Part shown: in pieces, positions 23,308 to 33,754 of the stretch
Layout of the letters: every line of letters starts with the position of its first letter
How positions within the stretch are numbered: position 1 is the stretch's first letter
IMG/VR virus record: IMGVR_UViG_3300033067_000719
Span: 1-34,230 of that record
Reading direction: 5' to 3' (one strand)
DNA from: a virus
Taxonomy: Duplodnaviria; Caudoviricetes
Length of the DNA stretch: 34,230 nt
Made by a program: the position numbers and the translations under genes
Notes under the pieces: model-generated
What the model was told of the DNA's origin: nothing
Databases searched by the model: none
What the model saw: the letters and a program-made list of their open reading frames with translations, nothing else

Positions 23308-23734
23308 GACAATCGCGCAATTCCTTCGTAAACTCGATAGGATGAGAGAAGGAGTAATTCAAGAAGCTGAATACGCGTTGGTAGATAGGACGTACAAAAT
23401 CCACGCTAAAGCATCAAGGAGAGCGCCTTTAGATACAGGAAAGCTACGACAAAGCATACAAGCAAGGATTTCACCAGACAGGCGAAGCGGATTTGTAACG
23501 GCAGGTAACATCTCAGACAATTCGCGAAATTACGCGGCGTTTGTCGAATTTGGAACGGGAACGAAAGTAAGTGTTCCGAAAGGATTTGAAGCGATGGCGA
23601 TTCGATTTAAGGGGACGAAGCGTATAATAGGCATGAGAGCGCAACCGTATTTGATACCGTCGTATTTGCAAGAGCGGGAGTATTTGTTAAACGATATAAG
23701 ACGAATAATAAGAAATGAAGTGGGCAGGCCATAA
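23297..23734 (+). CDS. HK97 gp10-like neck/tail-completion protein
   Basis: APLDTGKLRQSI, YAAFVEFGT, MRAQPYLIPS. Confidence 0.9.
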   Translation: MASKTIAQFLRKLDRMREGVIQEAEYALVDRTYKIHAKASRRAPLDTGKLRQSIQARISPDRRSGFVTAGNISDNSRNYAAFVEFGTGTKVSVPKGFEAMAIRFKGTKRIIGMRAQPYLIPSYLQEREYLLNDIRRIIRNEVGRP

Positions 23735-24131
23735 AGTACGCACAGGGCTGGTAAGTAAGCTAAATCCAATCGTACCAACGTATGATATGAAAGCTCCCGT
23801 TTCTTTGCGTAACGGAGTGTTTTGTATTATCGCAAACTACAGTCAAACGAATGAAGATACAAAAGATAGCTTCATGGGAACGGCGACGCAAAACCTAGAG
23901 TTTCATAAAGTCGTACAAGGGCAGTTTGGAGATAGAACAGATATGGATGTCTTGATAGATTCATGCCTAACCGCTTTGCGGCCTTTATCAAACACGCCAT
24001 TACTTACCGCTCAAGACTTCACGATTATTGGTATTCGTTTAATTAACAGCATTGACGATTTACAGGAGAATAACGGTGAGTTACATTACGTAAATATTCT
24101 TACCTTTGAGATAGATTTTGTACAAAATTAA
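23715..24131 (+). CDS. Tail terminator protein (putative)
   Basis: Position before the tail tube gene; size; VPTYD..P...FCII. Confidence 0.7.
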   Translation: MKWAGHKVRTGLVSKLNPIVPTYDMKAPVSLRNGVFCIIANYSQTNEDTKDSFMGTATQNLEFHKVVQGQFGDRTDMDVLIDSCLTALRPLSNTPLLTAQDFTIIGIRLINSIDDLQENNGELHYVNILTFEIDFVQN

Positions 24132-24144
24132 ACTATAAAAAATT

Positions 24145-24573
24145 ATGGCAGTATTTAACGCGACAGACGCGAAACTTTACAAGACAGGCACGCCTGACCA
24201 ACTTATCACTAAAACACGTACAGCATCTTTCAATCTTTCCGCTGCAACAATCGACGTCACTACAAAAGACTCGAACGGATGGAGAGAAATTTTGATGGGC
24301 TTAAGACAAGCGTCTGGAACAGTGGAAGGCTTGGTTGATTATGCAGAAGGCTTGACCGAATTAAATGTAGATCAGCTTACGGCTGCGTTTATGACAAAAG
24401 AAAAACTTTCCCTTAAGTTCAAACTTGCATCCGCGACAGTAGGCAGCGAAATCATTTCGTTTGATTGTTTCATTACATCGCTACCAAGGACATTCAACAT
24501 GGAAGAAGCTGCTTCTTTTTCGGTTGATTTCGAAGTAACGGGCGCTCCTACATTCACAACGGTAACGGTATAA
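24145..24573 (+). CDS. Major tail tube protein (TP901-1-like)
   Basis: IDVTTKDSNGWRE..GLR..SGTVEGL, ITSL..EEAASFSVDFEVTG. Confidence 0.9.
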   Translation: MAVFNATDAKLYKTGTPDQLITKTRTASFNLSAATIDVTTKDSNGWREILMGLRQASGTVEGLVDYAEGLTELNVDQLTAAFMTKEKLSLKFKLASATVGSEIISFDCFITSLPRTFNMEEAASFSVDFEVTGAPTFTTVTV

Positions 24574-24574
24574 T

Positions 24575-24910
24575 ATGAAAGGACACTTAGAAATAAAAAT
24601 TGGTGAAACTTCGATAGATTGTCTATTCGGGATGACATCGCTTTTGGACTTTTGCACGGAAAAGGGGATACCTTTTTCAGACATTGCAAAGGTCTTGAGC
24701 GCGGACAATGAGAACATGTTTCAAGATATGTATTCTGTTATCTATCATGCTCACGTATGTTATTCCGACTGGAACGACGTTGCACCCAAATTCTCACGCC
24801 GTAAAATCCAACTCCTTTGCGACCAAGGCGACATAAAGGCAATCTTTGAAGGCGTTGTTGCTGCTATGTTTGTAGGAATTGAAAATTTAGTCGGTGAAAA
24901 AAAAAGTTAG
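24575..24910 (+). CDS. Tail assembly chaperone (gpG-like)
   Basis: Between the tail tube and tape measure genes; ends GEKKS over an A9 run. Confidence 0.8.
   Translation: MKGHLEIKIGETSIDCLFGMTSLLDFCTEKGIPFSDIAKVLSADNENMFQDMYSVIYHAHVCYSDWNDVAPKFSRRKIQLLCDQGDIKAIFEGVVAAMFVGIENLVGEKKS
24897..24906 (+). other. Programmed -1 frameshift site (gpG to gpGT)
   Basis: A9G run; the -1 frame is open from AAG TTA GAT.. straight into ORF 24943..25269. Confidence 0.8.
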
Positions 24911-25269
24911 ATAATATTAATCAGCAACTTTCTGCGCGTGACGTGCTACTCTTTTGCTACGGTGAATTATCACTAAAGCCGAAGGAGTTAGCACGTCTTG
25001 TTTTTTCAGACTACATGTTACTTGCGGAGGGTTATCAGCGGCGGGAGTTGAACGAGTGGCGGCGGGTTCGGGAATTGATGACAATGATTCATAATACGTC
25101 GATGACGGTAAAGAACACAAAAACATCTAAAGAATTGTTCCCTTTGCCGGATGAAATTGACGAAAAGGAAAAGGAAATAAATGAAGCCGAATTTGTATCT
25201 TTGTTGAAACAGAGCGGCGCAAAAAGGAATACTATCACAGCTGAAGAAGCTAAAAAACTAGGATTTTAA
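24904..25269 (+). CDS. Tail assembly chaperone gpT part (frameshift extension)
   Basis: GELSLKPKE..L...Y..LAEGY..R...EWRRVR..; TAATG overlap with the tape measure gene. Confidence 0.75.
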   Translation, partial: KLDNINQQLSARDVLLFCYGELSLKPKELARLVFSDYMLLAEGYQRRELNEWRRVRELMTMIHNTSMTVKNTKTSKELFPLPDEIDEKEKEINEAEFVSLLKQSGAKRNTITAEEAKKLGF

Positions 25270-27647
25270 TGGCACAAGAAGTATTACAAGTAAAACTCAC
25301 ACTCGACGGCAAGGAGTATGAGTTGGGAATGAAACAAGCCGAACAGCGAACACGTTCGTTTATGGATGGGTTCGAAGCCGTTGGCGAGCGATTAACACTA
25401 TTCGCTACAACCACGCTTGCATTAGTAGCTACACAAGGACTCAAAACAGCAATGAGTTTAGAAGAGTCGTTAAACCGTGTAGAAGTGTCTTTTGGTAAAT
25501 CTGCTGAAGGTATAAAAGATTTTGCGAAAACTACAGTTGATTCTTTTGGTATCTCTCAAGGCGCGGCACTTAGTATGGCGGGAACTTTTGGGGATATGGC
25601 GACTTCAATGGGTATTAGCCAAACGGAAGCCGCAAAAATGGCAACGACTATTGTTGGGCTTGCAGGGGATTTGGCGTCTTTTAAGGATATTCCTATTTCT
25701 GAAGCTGTTACAGCATTAACGTCAATCTTTACAGGTGAAACCGAATCGCTTAAAATGCTCGGTGTAGTAATGACAGAAGTAAATTTAAAAGCGTTTGCAC
25801 TCCAAAAAGGCATTACGAAAAAATACGAAGCGATGACAGAAGCTGAACGCGTTTTACTTCGTTATAACTTTGTTTTAGAGAAAACACGTAATGCACAAGG
25901 CGACTATGCAAGAACGTCTGATAGTGCATCAAACGCAACCAGAACGATGCAGGAGCGGTTTAAGGAGGTAACTGGGGATTTGATGAACCAAGTGCTACCA
26001 ATCTACACGCAGCTAGTTTTAAAGGTGAACGACATCTTAAAATCGGTATCAGAACTTTCGCCCGAAATGAAACAACTCATTGTGATTATCGGCGGGATTG
26101 TCGGAATAGCGGGGCCAGTAATGTTAGCGATTACGGGAATAAGTGCAGCAATAGGCACACTTGGCGCGGCGGCATTACCAATCGCGGGAATTGTGATGGG
26201 TATCACGACGGCACTTGCATTACTTTTCGAGCATAAAGCAAAGATAGATTCTGTCGCCGCTGCAACAATGAGCATGGAAGATGCTACGCGAAAAGCCAAC
26301 TTACAAATACAAACGCAAACAGACAAAGTACAAAGTTTATTAGAAGTACTTAGGAACGAAAAATCTACACAAGAAGAAGTAAATAAGGCAAAAGCTGAAT
26401 TAATAAGTATAAGTCCTAAATTCCAATCAGCCTTAGAAGGTTCTAAAATAGATTTTGAAAAACTTGCAGACGCAACAAGCGACTATGTAACCGAACTGCA
26501 AAAAGTTGCGCGCGCTGAGGTGCTACTTGAGCAGCAACGCAAAAACATTGCATTGCAAGAACAAGAAAGGTTAAATCCAGGTGCTTCTTTGTCGCTTTTG
26601 CAAAAAGGAGAAATGTTCTTAAAGAGCGGTTTTGGGCTGGGTGTCTTGGGTAATTACGCTTCTAATGTAGCAGTAGCATCAAACGACATTGTAAAAAAGC
26701 TACAAGAAACAAATAAAAAGATTGGCAAGGAGTTACAAGCGATTGGTAAGACAATAACAGGCACAACGACAACGGACACGGGGACAGGTGGCACGGGAAT
26801 AGAAGGCATCGGCGGTGGCACACAAGGCGACGGCGTAAACAAAGACGCGGGTACGATTCAGTTTGGGCAAAAGTTCCTAAAAGGCATACAAAAGATGAAA
26901 GACGACGTTGAGATAGCTTATTTTGACGCGTTAAAATTCGTACAAAACTTCAAAGACTCGAAGCTGCAAGGCCTTACGCTTGAGGGTTTCTTTGTTCGTC
27001 AACTACTTAGCGGGGGAACTGAGGTGCAATTTGTCGGGGATGGTTTACCAGCTACATTTCAAAAAGTCGAGGACAATATCATTAAAGGGATGGAAGGAAG
27101 GATTCAAAACATTCAGAATGGTATAAGGAACTTTTCACATAAAACAATTTCTGCTTACCGCCAAAGCATTTACGACCTTACAGAAGCGATGGAAAAGGAA
27201 CTATCTAAATCCGTCGAACAGGTATTTGAACTTGGCTTGGAAAGCGCGGCATTAAGTATAGAGGGTATATTTACGCAAATCTTCGGCGGTGAGTTTGACT
27301 GGAAACAAGCAGCGGCGGGAATGTTGAATGGGCTTGCAAGTATTATGCAAGAACTTGGAAAACACATGATTACGCTTGGTATGGCCAAAGAAGCGTTCAA
27401 AGTTGCATTGAAAGATATGTTCGGCGGCGGCGTTGGCTTGATCGTGGCTGGGGGTGCATTGATAGCGGGGGCCGCAGCAATACGCGGTTATTCAAACTCT
27501 ATATCGCAACGTTCAACAGCGTCTTCAGCGGGTTCAGGAGGTAGTAACTTTACCGCTCCTACATTTAACGTACAAGGTAGCTTAGTCGCGAAGGGAACAG
27601 ATTTAGTCGCAGTAATCAACAATACTAAAAATTTATACGGTGCATGA
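25269..27647 (+). CDS. Tape measure protein
   Basis: 792 aa, Ala/Gly-rich helical; LAGDLASF, GETESLKMLG, NAQGDYART; hydrophobic segments. Confidence 0.93.
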   Translation: MAQEVLQVKLTLDGKEYELGMKQAEQRTRSFMDGFEAVGERLTLFATTTLALVATQGLKTAMSLEESLNRVEVSFGKSAEGIKDFAKTTVDSFGISQGAALSMAGTFGDMATSMGISQTEAAKMATTIVGLAGDLASFKDIPISEAVTALTSIFTGETESLKMLGVVMTEVNLKAFALQKGITKKYEAMTEAERVLLRYNFVLEKTRNAQGDYARTSDSASNATRTMQERFKEVTGDLMNQVLPIYTQLVLKVNDILKSVSELSPEMKQLIVIIGGIVGIAGPVMLAITGISAAIGTLGAAALPIAGIVMGITTALALLFEHKAKIDSVAAATMSMEDATRKANLQIQTQTDKVQSLLEVLRNEKSTQEEVNKAKAELISISPKFQSALEGSKIDFEKLADATSDYVTELQKVARAEVLLEQQRKNIALQEQERLNPGASLSLLQKGEMFLKSGFGLGVLGNYASNVAVASNDIVKKLQETNKKIGKELQAIGKTITGTTTTDTGTGGTGIEGIGGGTQGDGVNKDAGTIQFGQKFLKGIQKMKDDVEIAYFDALKFVQNFKDSKLQGLTLEGFFVRQLLSGGTEVQFVGDGLPATFQKVEDNIIKGMEGRIQNIQNGIRNFSHKTISAYRQSIYDLTEAMEKELSKSVEQVFELGLESAALSIEGIFTQIFGGEFDWKQAAAGMLNGLASIMQELGKHMITLGMAKEAFKVALKDMFGGGVGLIVAGGALIAGAAAIRGYSNSISQRSTASSAGSGGSNFTAPTFNVQGSLVAKGTDLVAVINNTKNLYGA

Positions 27648-30600
27648 AAGGATTAAAGTATTTCGCAGAGTATTCCGATTTCGACGGGCAAGAATACAAA
27701 ATAGAAATTTGGGTAGAAGGTTTTACAGGCGTTGCAACCGAGGTCACAGCAGGCGGTAATCCAGTAACGATAGACAAGAACAAGGATGTTTCTGAAACCT
27801 ATTTGGGCGGTATTGTGCCAACCTTTTATCGCTTCGAGTTTGTAACGGACACGAACTTTTCAACGCGCGTTTTTGATTCCGAAAAATACGGCGATGTAGT
27901 GATACAGCATTACAAAGGCACTAATCTACAGTTTAACGCAATCGTTCAGCCGTTTGTTGGCATGGAACAAGATTTACCGGACGGGTTGTCGGTTTTTACG
28001 TTATCTGGTGAATGTGGATTGGAATACCTTAAAAACAAGAAGTTTGCAAATCCTACTGACACGAATGTAAGACTAATAGACTTGATTCAGGAAGCGGTTG
28101 ATTTAATTCCTTACGTCGAGAAGTTCGGATTTAAAGTGTTTGATAATACTGCGCTTTATAACGGCGTATCGCGTATTAACTCAAACCAAAACTTCTTAGA
28201 AGCTAGGATAAATAGAAAGACGTTCACGGATTATACGTATTACGATGTACTTTTAAATTTAGTTGCGAATAGAAACGAAATCTATTTTGACAATGGGTAT
28301 TGGTGGGTGCGGAACTTATCGGAACTTTCCGAACTATACACGACTAGCAACACAGGAACACTTGTAACCTACGACGAAAATGGCGACTTCCTTACATCTA
28401 TACCTAATTACCGACCTAGTAAGTCGATTATTAGACAAGCAGGCGGGTCGTTCGGGAAGTTGTTTAGTCAAAAGAACGTAGTTGTAAAACGGATTGAACC
28501 AGAAAGGATAAACTATGTTTTGAACGGTTCGTTTGATCAAGGTTCAACTAACTTTGTACCAAACAACTGGACTGTGGGTAGCGAAGCATTTAGTAGCGTA
28601 TTAGGCGCGGATTTCTTTCGTTTCGTCGAGTCTGTTTATACGCCTACGTTAACGAGCGACAACGCCTATATCCAATCGACTGCGATAACGTGGGAGCCGT
28701 TCGGGGCGTTATTTGCATCACCCGTTCGCGAGCCGCAAAAGCTAACTTTTCGTGCAAACGTCGAAATCGGTACGGGAATAAGTGCGTGTCGTTTTCAAAT
28801 TATTGCCACGAGCGGAAGTACAACCGTGTACCTTACAACGGACTTAGCTTGGACAACTACGCCAACAATTATACAAAAAAAGCCAGATGCAAGCGGGCAA
28901 ATAGAGTTCGATATACCACAGCCACCGAACGAACTATTTACTACAATAGGAAACTTTGACCAGCCTATTATTTTTAACGTATCTATGCGTTTATTTCGCT
29001 CAGAGCGAGCGTTTGAAACGACGGTTGGTACTGCAACGTATTCCACTCAATACAACGAAGTATCCTTTTTTAAAGACTCTTTATACACGCAATTCTTTGA
29101 TGAGTACATAGGCAAATCGGATTACAGACAAGACGAAAACAGCGATAGAGAAAACCCGCTTGAGCTAGAAACAATAATAGCAAGCCAAAATTCATTTCCG
29201 TACCGCCACGGGAGTTTATTTGACGCGGAGGGTGTAGCTGCAAACGGATTCGGTTCAGTAAATTCGGTTGCAGGTAGTATATATAATATCTATCTTGCAA
29301 CGTCCTATCTTAACGTAACAAGCAAGCGTTTAACCTACTATCAAGGGTCGTCTTTCGAGCATTTCGACTTTTCGGACGTACTACTAATCGACGGCATACA
29401 TTTTAGAGTAAGCAACTATTCACACGACATTAGGTCGAAAACCGTACAATTCAAAGCGGTTGAACTAAACTATTCGAGCGGATTTGTATTAGACACGAAT
29501 AAGATTAAAAGCGATGTCGAGAAAGCAATAACGGTCGTTAATAACATCGGTTTAATCCCTCAAGACTATAACTTCACATCTTCAACAAACTTTGACGGAC
29601 GAACATCTTTTGGTATGCGTCCCGACGTTCGTCACGTATCGGCGAGTTTGACGGAGATGTTTTTGCGGGCTGAACCGAGTGCAGCGGATAGTGTTTCGAT
29701 TAAACCAGGAGCGACTGGAATAGAACTTTTAACACCTCCCCCACTTGCTACGACACCCGAAACACTAGCAACCCGCGAATGGACTGCGAATGGATTAGAA
29801 ACAAAATATCTGCAACTAGATACGACGTACACGAACGGGAACTTTCCTGGTCGTTTGAGTTGGGATGCAGATCACGATTTAATGTTCTTAGGACTCGAAA
29901 ACGACTACACGGCAAAAGTCCCTCAAGATAGCGTATGGTCGTGCATCGCAGGCGAAGCGATTACGAAAGGTCAGCTAGTCTATGCGAGTGGAACGGTCGG
30001 CAGTAGCGGTAAAATACAAGCAAGTCGTTTCATTGCAAACGGTACAATCCCTTCACGCTTCGTAATCGGTGTAGCTACTAGAACTGTAGCGCAAGGTGAA
30101 ACGTTTCACGCATTAAGAGCGGGTGTTCTACGCGGGCTGAATACATTAGATTACACACAAGGGCAGGATTTATGGGCTTCGTCGACGGTGGCGGGCGGAT
30201 TTCAAACGACAGCTCCAGCTGCTCCAAACCCGAAAATGTCCGTTGCGTTTGTCATCACTTCTCACGCAAATAATGGCGAACTGGCGGTGCGTATTATTCC
30301 GAGTTTAGGAATTTCGCTTCTCGACGACGTGCAAGTAACATCTCCCGCTACAAATCAACTTTTGCGGTACAATAATAACCGTTGGGAGAACTTCACGCAT
30401 GATTTTGCGAGCGTACCGACGGCAGGGACGGTGAATAGATTGGCGAAGTTCACGGCGGGCAGGACACTAGCTAGCTCAAATATGATTGAGGTGGGTAGCA
30501 ATGTCGGGATTGGTGCGCAGTCGCCTGCTGCATTGTTACACGTAGCTAGTACTTACACGGCCCCTACATCAGGGATTTCGTCTGATACGCGGGTTCTTAT

Positions 30601-33600
30601 TACTAATAATGCTGCTGCAAATGCAAATACAAACTTAACTTTACTTTCACGCTCGAGCGGGTTTAATCGGATTTTTTTTGGTAGTCAATTGGTTGAAAAT
30701 GCAGGCTATATAGAATCTTTTTTAGGCGACTTTAGAGTTGGCACTAGCGCGGATGGGATTGTCGCAGGCGTGGAGCGTATGCGTATAACAGCAGGGGGGA
30801 ACTTATTACTTGGAACTACAACAAATACAGGTGAAAGACTAATCGTATCGGGTACAGCAAGAATAACAAGTAATACTTCTATACTAGGAACACTAACTGT
30901 ACCGACAATCGGAAACAGCGCGGGCGTTTCGGCTCAAAACACGTGGACTTTTGCAAGTAATGTTAACGTACCTCTAACGCCGTCCGCTTCGACTCATGCA
31001 ACGTCAAAAAGCTATGTAGACAACTTAGTTGCGACGGGTATCAAAGAAGGTATTCCAGTTCGGTCTATATCCTTAACAAACATAACCTTATCAGGAACAC
31101 AAACTGTTTCGGGTGTGGCTTTAGTCGCAGGAGATAGGGTCTTAGTTGCGGGGCAAACGACAGCAAGTCAAAACGGCGTGTACGTGGTAGCTTCGGGTGC
31201 ATGGACACGCGCGACAGATAGCGATACAGATGCAGAACTTCGCGGCTATCAGTACCTTATTACGGCAGGTACATTTATAAACGCGAAATACAGAAACACG
31301 AACGAAATGGCTATCGTGGTCGGCGTTACCGCAATAACCTACGTTGTTTCACAAGGCGCGGAAACCGACCCTATCTTTTCAGCTTCACCAGCGGCAGGTA
31401 TTACACAGCAGTTTATTAATAATTGGAATGCGAACTACGCGGTCTGGGGTGAATTAACTCCCGAAAGTATCTTTGCAAATCGAACAACGTCAAATTTACC
31501 CGAAGGAACAAACTTATACTTTACCGACGCCCGCGCACGGGCTGCAATTTCAGCGGGTACAGGAATAAGTTATAATAGTAGTACGGGTGTGATTACTAGC
31601 TTAATTACACAATATACCGACTCACTTGCGCGCGCTGCTTTATCTTTCGCATCGGGTTCGGCGGGGTACAACTCGACGACAGGAGTAATAAGCATACCGA
31701 CAACGTCGAATCACATAACGGAGGGTACGAATTTGTTTTATACGGACACGAGAAGTCGCGCGGCTTTGTCTTTTGTTGCGGGTACTGGTGCGTATAATAG
31801 CGGTACGGGGGTGATTACAATTCCTACGCAAACTTCGCATCTAACGAACAATTCTGGTTTTATTACCTCTGCTGCTTTATCGGGTTATGTGCCTACCACG
31901 CGAACGATAAACGGTTTAGACTTATCTGTAAATCGTGTCTTGACGACTAGCAATATAGGCGAGGGTACAAACCTTTATTTCACCGACGCGCGTAGTAGGT
32001 CTGCACTTTCTTTTATAGCTGGTTCGGGTGCTTACAACTCGACAACGGGGGTGATAACCATTCCGACTAATACAAACCACGTAGCAGAAGGAAGTAATCT
32101 ATACTATACCGACGCGCGGAGTAGAAGTGCTATCTCGGTCGGCGCGGGCTTGTCGTATAACAATTCTACTGGAGTTATTAACCTAGTAAATAATATTTCG
32201 GGCGTTCTAACAGCAGGCCGTATTCCTGTAGCGACGGCGGCGGGTGTGTTGGGGAATAGCGTTTTATTTGAAAGTTCTGGGCGTGTTGGATTAGGTACGA
32301 CAACGCCTGCATCTTTATTACATGTATCGAGCAGTTATACAACACCAGCGCTAATTAGCGGCAATACAATAGCAATATTTAGTAACAATAATGTTGCTAA
32401 CGGTTCTGCAAGTATATCTATCCTTTCGCGCTCGAGTGGCACACAGCGGATAAACTTCGGGAATCAACTTGTCGAGTCGGCGGCTTTTGTTTCCTCACTT
32501 TTGGGTGATTTACGTTTTGGTGTTGGGGCTGGTGATGTTAATGCTACAGAGCAGATGAGGATAACAAGTGCGGGGGAATTGTTACTTGGGTTTACCGTAT
32601 CGACAAACGAACGCTTACAAGTGAACGGTTCTGCAAAGATTACAAGCATGGCCGCGGGTGCATCGACAGACGAGATTGTAACTGTTAACGCATCGGGCGT
32701 ACTTAGAAAGATAGCTTATACGACCTTTGTTCCTTCAACAAGGACAATAAACGGTTTGGATTTGAGCGCAAATAGAACCTTGACGACAACGAACATAGGA
32801 GAAGGGACAAACCTTTACTTCACAAATGCTCGTGCAAGAAGCGCTATATCCTTAACGGTCGGTACTACCTTAACCACTCCTACTTACAACGCATCAACGG
32901 GCGTACTTAATTTACCTGCTACATTATTACAAGATAGACAATTCACCGATGTAGCAGTGGGGTTAAGACAACTCCGTTCAATCGACTACTACGAAAATCG
33001 GATGGATTTCGGGTTTGATAAGGTGCTTGACGTTCCTTATTTGTATTATGATAAGAACGGAACGCGGTACGTTAATTACATGAACGGTGACGGGGTTTTT
33101 GTTCACGTCGATTCTACTGGTAATGAAAGGGAGTATGTAAGAATAGGCGACATTGGTACAACCGTTCCGAACTTGCAACAAGTTAGCGAAGTAGGCAAGT
33201 CCAGTACAATAAAACTACAATGGAACGGCGTTGACTATGCAACGGTAAACGATATTGTAGCGGCGACCGTACCGACCTTACAGCAGGTATCGCAGCAAGG
33301 TAGTAACTCGACAATACGCTTATCCCACAACGGACAAAACTATGCTACACTTGCAGACTTGCAAACAATCACAGTACCGACCCCGACTCTAAGTAGTGTT
33401 TTGGCATCAGGGAATAACGCGTTTGGAACAGCAATTCAGTTTGGAAACGCGGGCTTTATACAAAACGTGACAAATGTTCTGTACGGTGACGGAATATTCT
33501 TGGGTACGACATCTCAGACATGCCATCTTCGATTACAAGGGACAACGTTCGAAATTTCGGGGTTACAAGGCGCGCGGGTTGATAGCGTGTCTGGTGGTGT

Positions 33601-33751
33601 CGTGGGTAAATTATTCTTGCAGTCAGGGGGTAATAACCCAATCACCCTTAACGGTATCGACTATGCTTTTGGGCAAACACCGACCTTAGTAGCGGGTCAA
33701 AAATATTCACTTTTATGGGACGGTTCAAAATTTATAATCACTAACGCTTAA
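27644..33751 (+). CDS. Very large tail-tip/fibre protein with repeated modules
   Basis: 2035 aa directly after the tape measure gene; VGIG-type, EGTNLYFTDARARSA, TRTINGLDLS and VPTLQQVS repeats. Confidence 0.85.
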   Translation: MKGLKYFAEYSDFDGQEYKIEIWVEGFTGVATEVTAGGNPVTIDKNKDVSETYLGGIVPTFYRFEFVTDTNFSTRVFDSEKYGDVVIQHYKGTNLQFNAIVQPFVGMEQDLPDGLSVFTLSGECGLEYLKNKKFANPTDTNVRLIDLIQEAVDLIPYVEKFGFKVFDNTALYNGVSRINSNQNFLEARINRKTFTDYTYYDVLLNLVANRNEIYFDNGYWWVRNLSELSELYTTSNTGTLVTYDENGDFLTSIPNYRPSKSIIRQAGGSFGKLFSQKNVVVKRIEPERINYVLNGSFDQGSTNFVPNNWTVGSEAFSSVLGADFFRFVESVYTPTLTSDNAYIQSTAITWEPFGALFASPVREPQKLTFRANVEIGTGISACRFQIIATSGSTTVYLTTDLAWTTTPTIIQKKPDASGQIEFDIPQPPNELFTTIGNFDQPIIFNVSMRLFRSERAFETTVGTATYSTQYNEVSFFKDSLYTQFFDEYIGKSDYRQDENSDRENPLELETIIASQNSFPYRHGSLFDAEGVAANGFGSVNSVAGSIYNIYLATSYLNVTSKRLTYYQGSSFEHFDFSDVLLIDGIHFRVSNYSHDIRSKTVQFKAVELNYSSGFVLDTNKIKSDVEKAITVVNNIGLIPQDYNFTSSTNFDGRTSFGMRPDVRHVSASLTEMFLRAEPSAADSVSIKPGATGIELLTPPPLATTPETLATREWTANGLETKYLQLDTTYTNGNFPGRLSWDADHDLMFLGLENDYTAKVPQDSVWSCIAGEAITKGQLVYASGTVGSSGKIQASRFIANGTIPSRFVIGVATRTVAQGETFHALRAGVLRGLNTLDYTQGQDLWASSTVAGGFQTTAPAAPNPKMSVAFVITSHANNGELAVRIIPSLGISLLDDVQVTSPATNQLLRYNNNRWENFTHDFASVPTAGTVNRLAKFTAGRTLASSNMIEVGSNVGIGAQSPAALLHVASTYTAPTSGISSDTRVLITNNAAANANTNLTLLSRSSGFNRIFFGSQLVENAGYIESFLGDFRVGTSADGIVAGVERMRITAGGNLLLGTTTNTGERLIVSGTARITSNTSILGTLTVPTIGNSAGVSAQNTWTFASNVNVPLTPSASTHATSKSYVDNLVATGIKEGIPVRSISLTNITLSGTQTVSGVALVAGDRVLVAGQTTASQNGVYVVASGAWTRATDSDTDAELRGYQYLITAGTFINAKYRNTNEMAIVVGVTAITYVVSQGAETDPIFSASPAAGITQQFINNWNANYAVWGELTPESIFANRTTSNLPEGTNLYFTDARARAAISAGTGISYNSSTGVITSLITQYTDSLARAALSFASGSAGYNSTTGVISIPTTSNHITEGTNLFYTDTRSRAALSFVAGTGAYNSGTGVITIPTQTSHLTNNSGFITSAALSGYVPTTRTINGLDLSVNRVLTTSNIGEGTNLYFTDARSRSALSFIAGSGAYNSTTGVITIPTNTNHVAEGSNLYYTDARSRSAISVGAGLSYNNSTGVINLVNNISGVLTAGRIPVATAAGVLGNSVLFESSGRVGLGTTTPASLLHVSSSYTTPALISGNTIAIFSNNNVANGSASISILSRSSGTQRINFGNQLVESAAFVSSLLGDLRFGVGAGDVNATEQMRITSAGELLLGFTVSTNERLQVNGSAKITSMAAGASTDEIVTVNASGVLRKIAYTTFVPSTRTINGLDLSANRTLTTTNIGEGTNLYFTNARARSAISLTVGTTLTTPTYNASTGVLNLPATLLQDRQFTDVAVGLRQLRSIDYYENRMDFGFDKVLDVPYLYYDKNGTRYVNYMNGDGVFVHVDSTGNEREYVRIGDIGTTVPNLQQVSEVGKSSTIKLQWNGVDYATVNDIVAATVPTLQQVSQQGSNSTIRLSHNGQNYATLADLQTITVPTPTLSSVLASGNNAFGTAIQFGNAGFIQNVTNVLYGDGIFLGTTSQTCHLRLQGTTFEISGLQGARVDSVSGGVVGKLFLQSGGNNPITLNGIDYAFGQTPTLVAGQKYSLLWDGSKFIITNA

Positions 33752-33754
33752 ATA

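Noticed and set aside
30400-33751. Diversity-generating retroelement template/variable repeats
   Set aside because: The repeats differ at all base types rather than at adenines only, and no reverse transcriptase is in the window.
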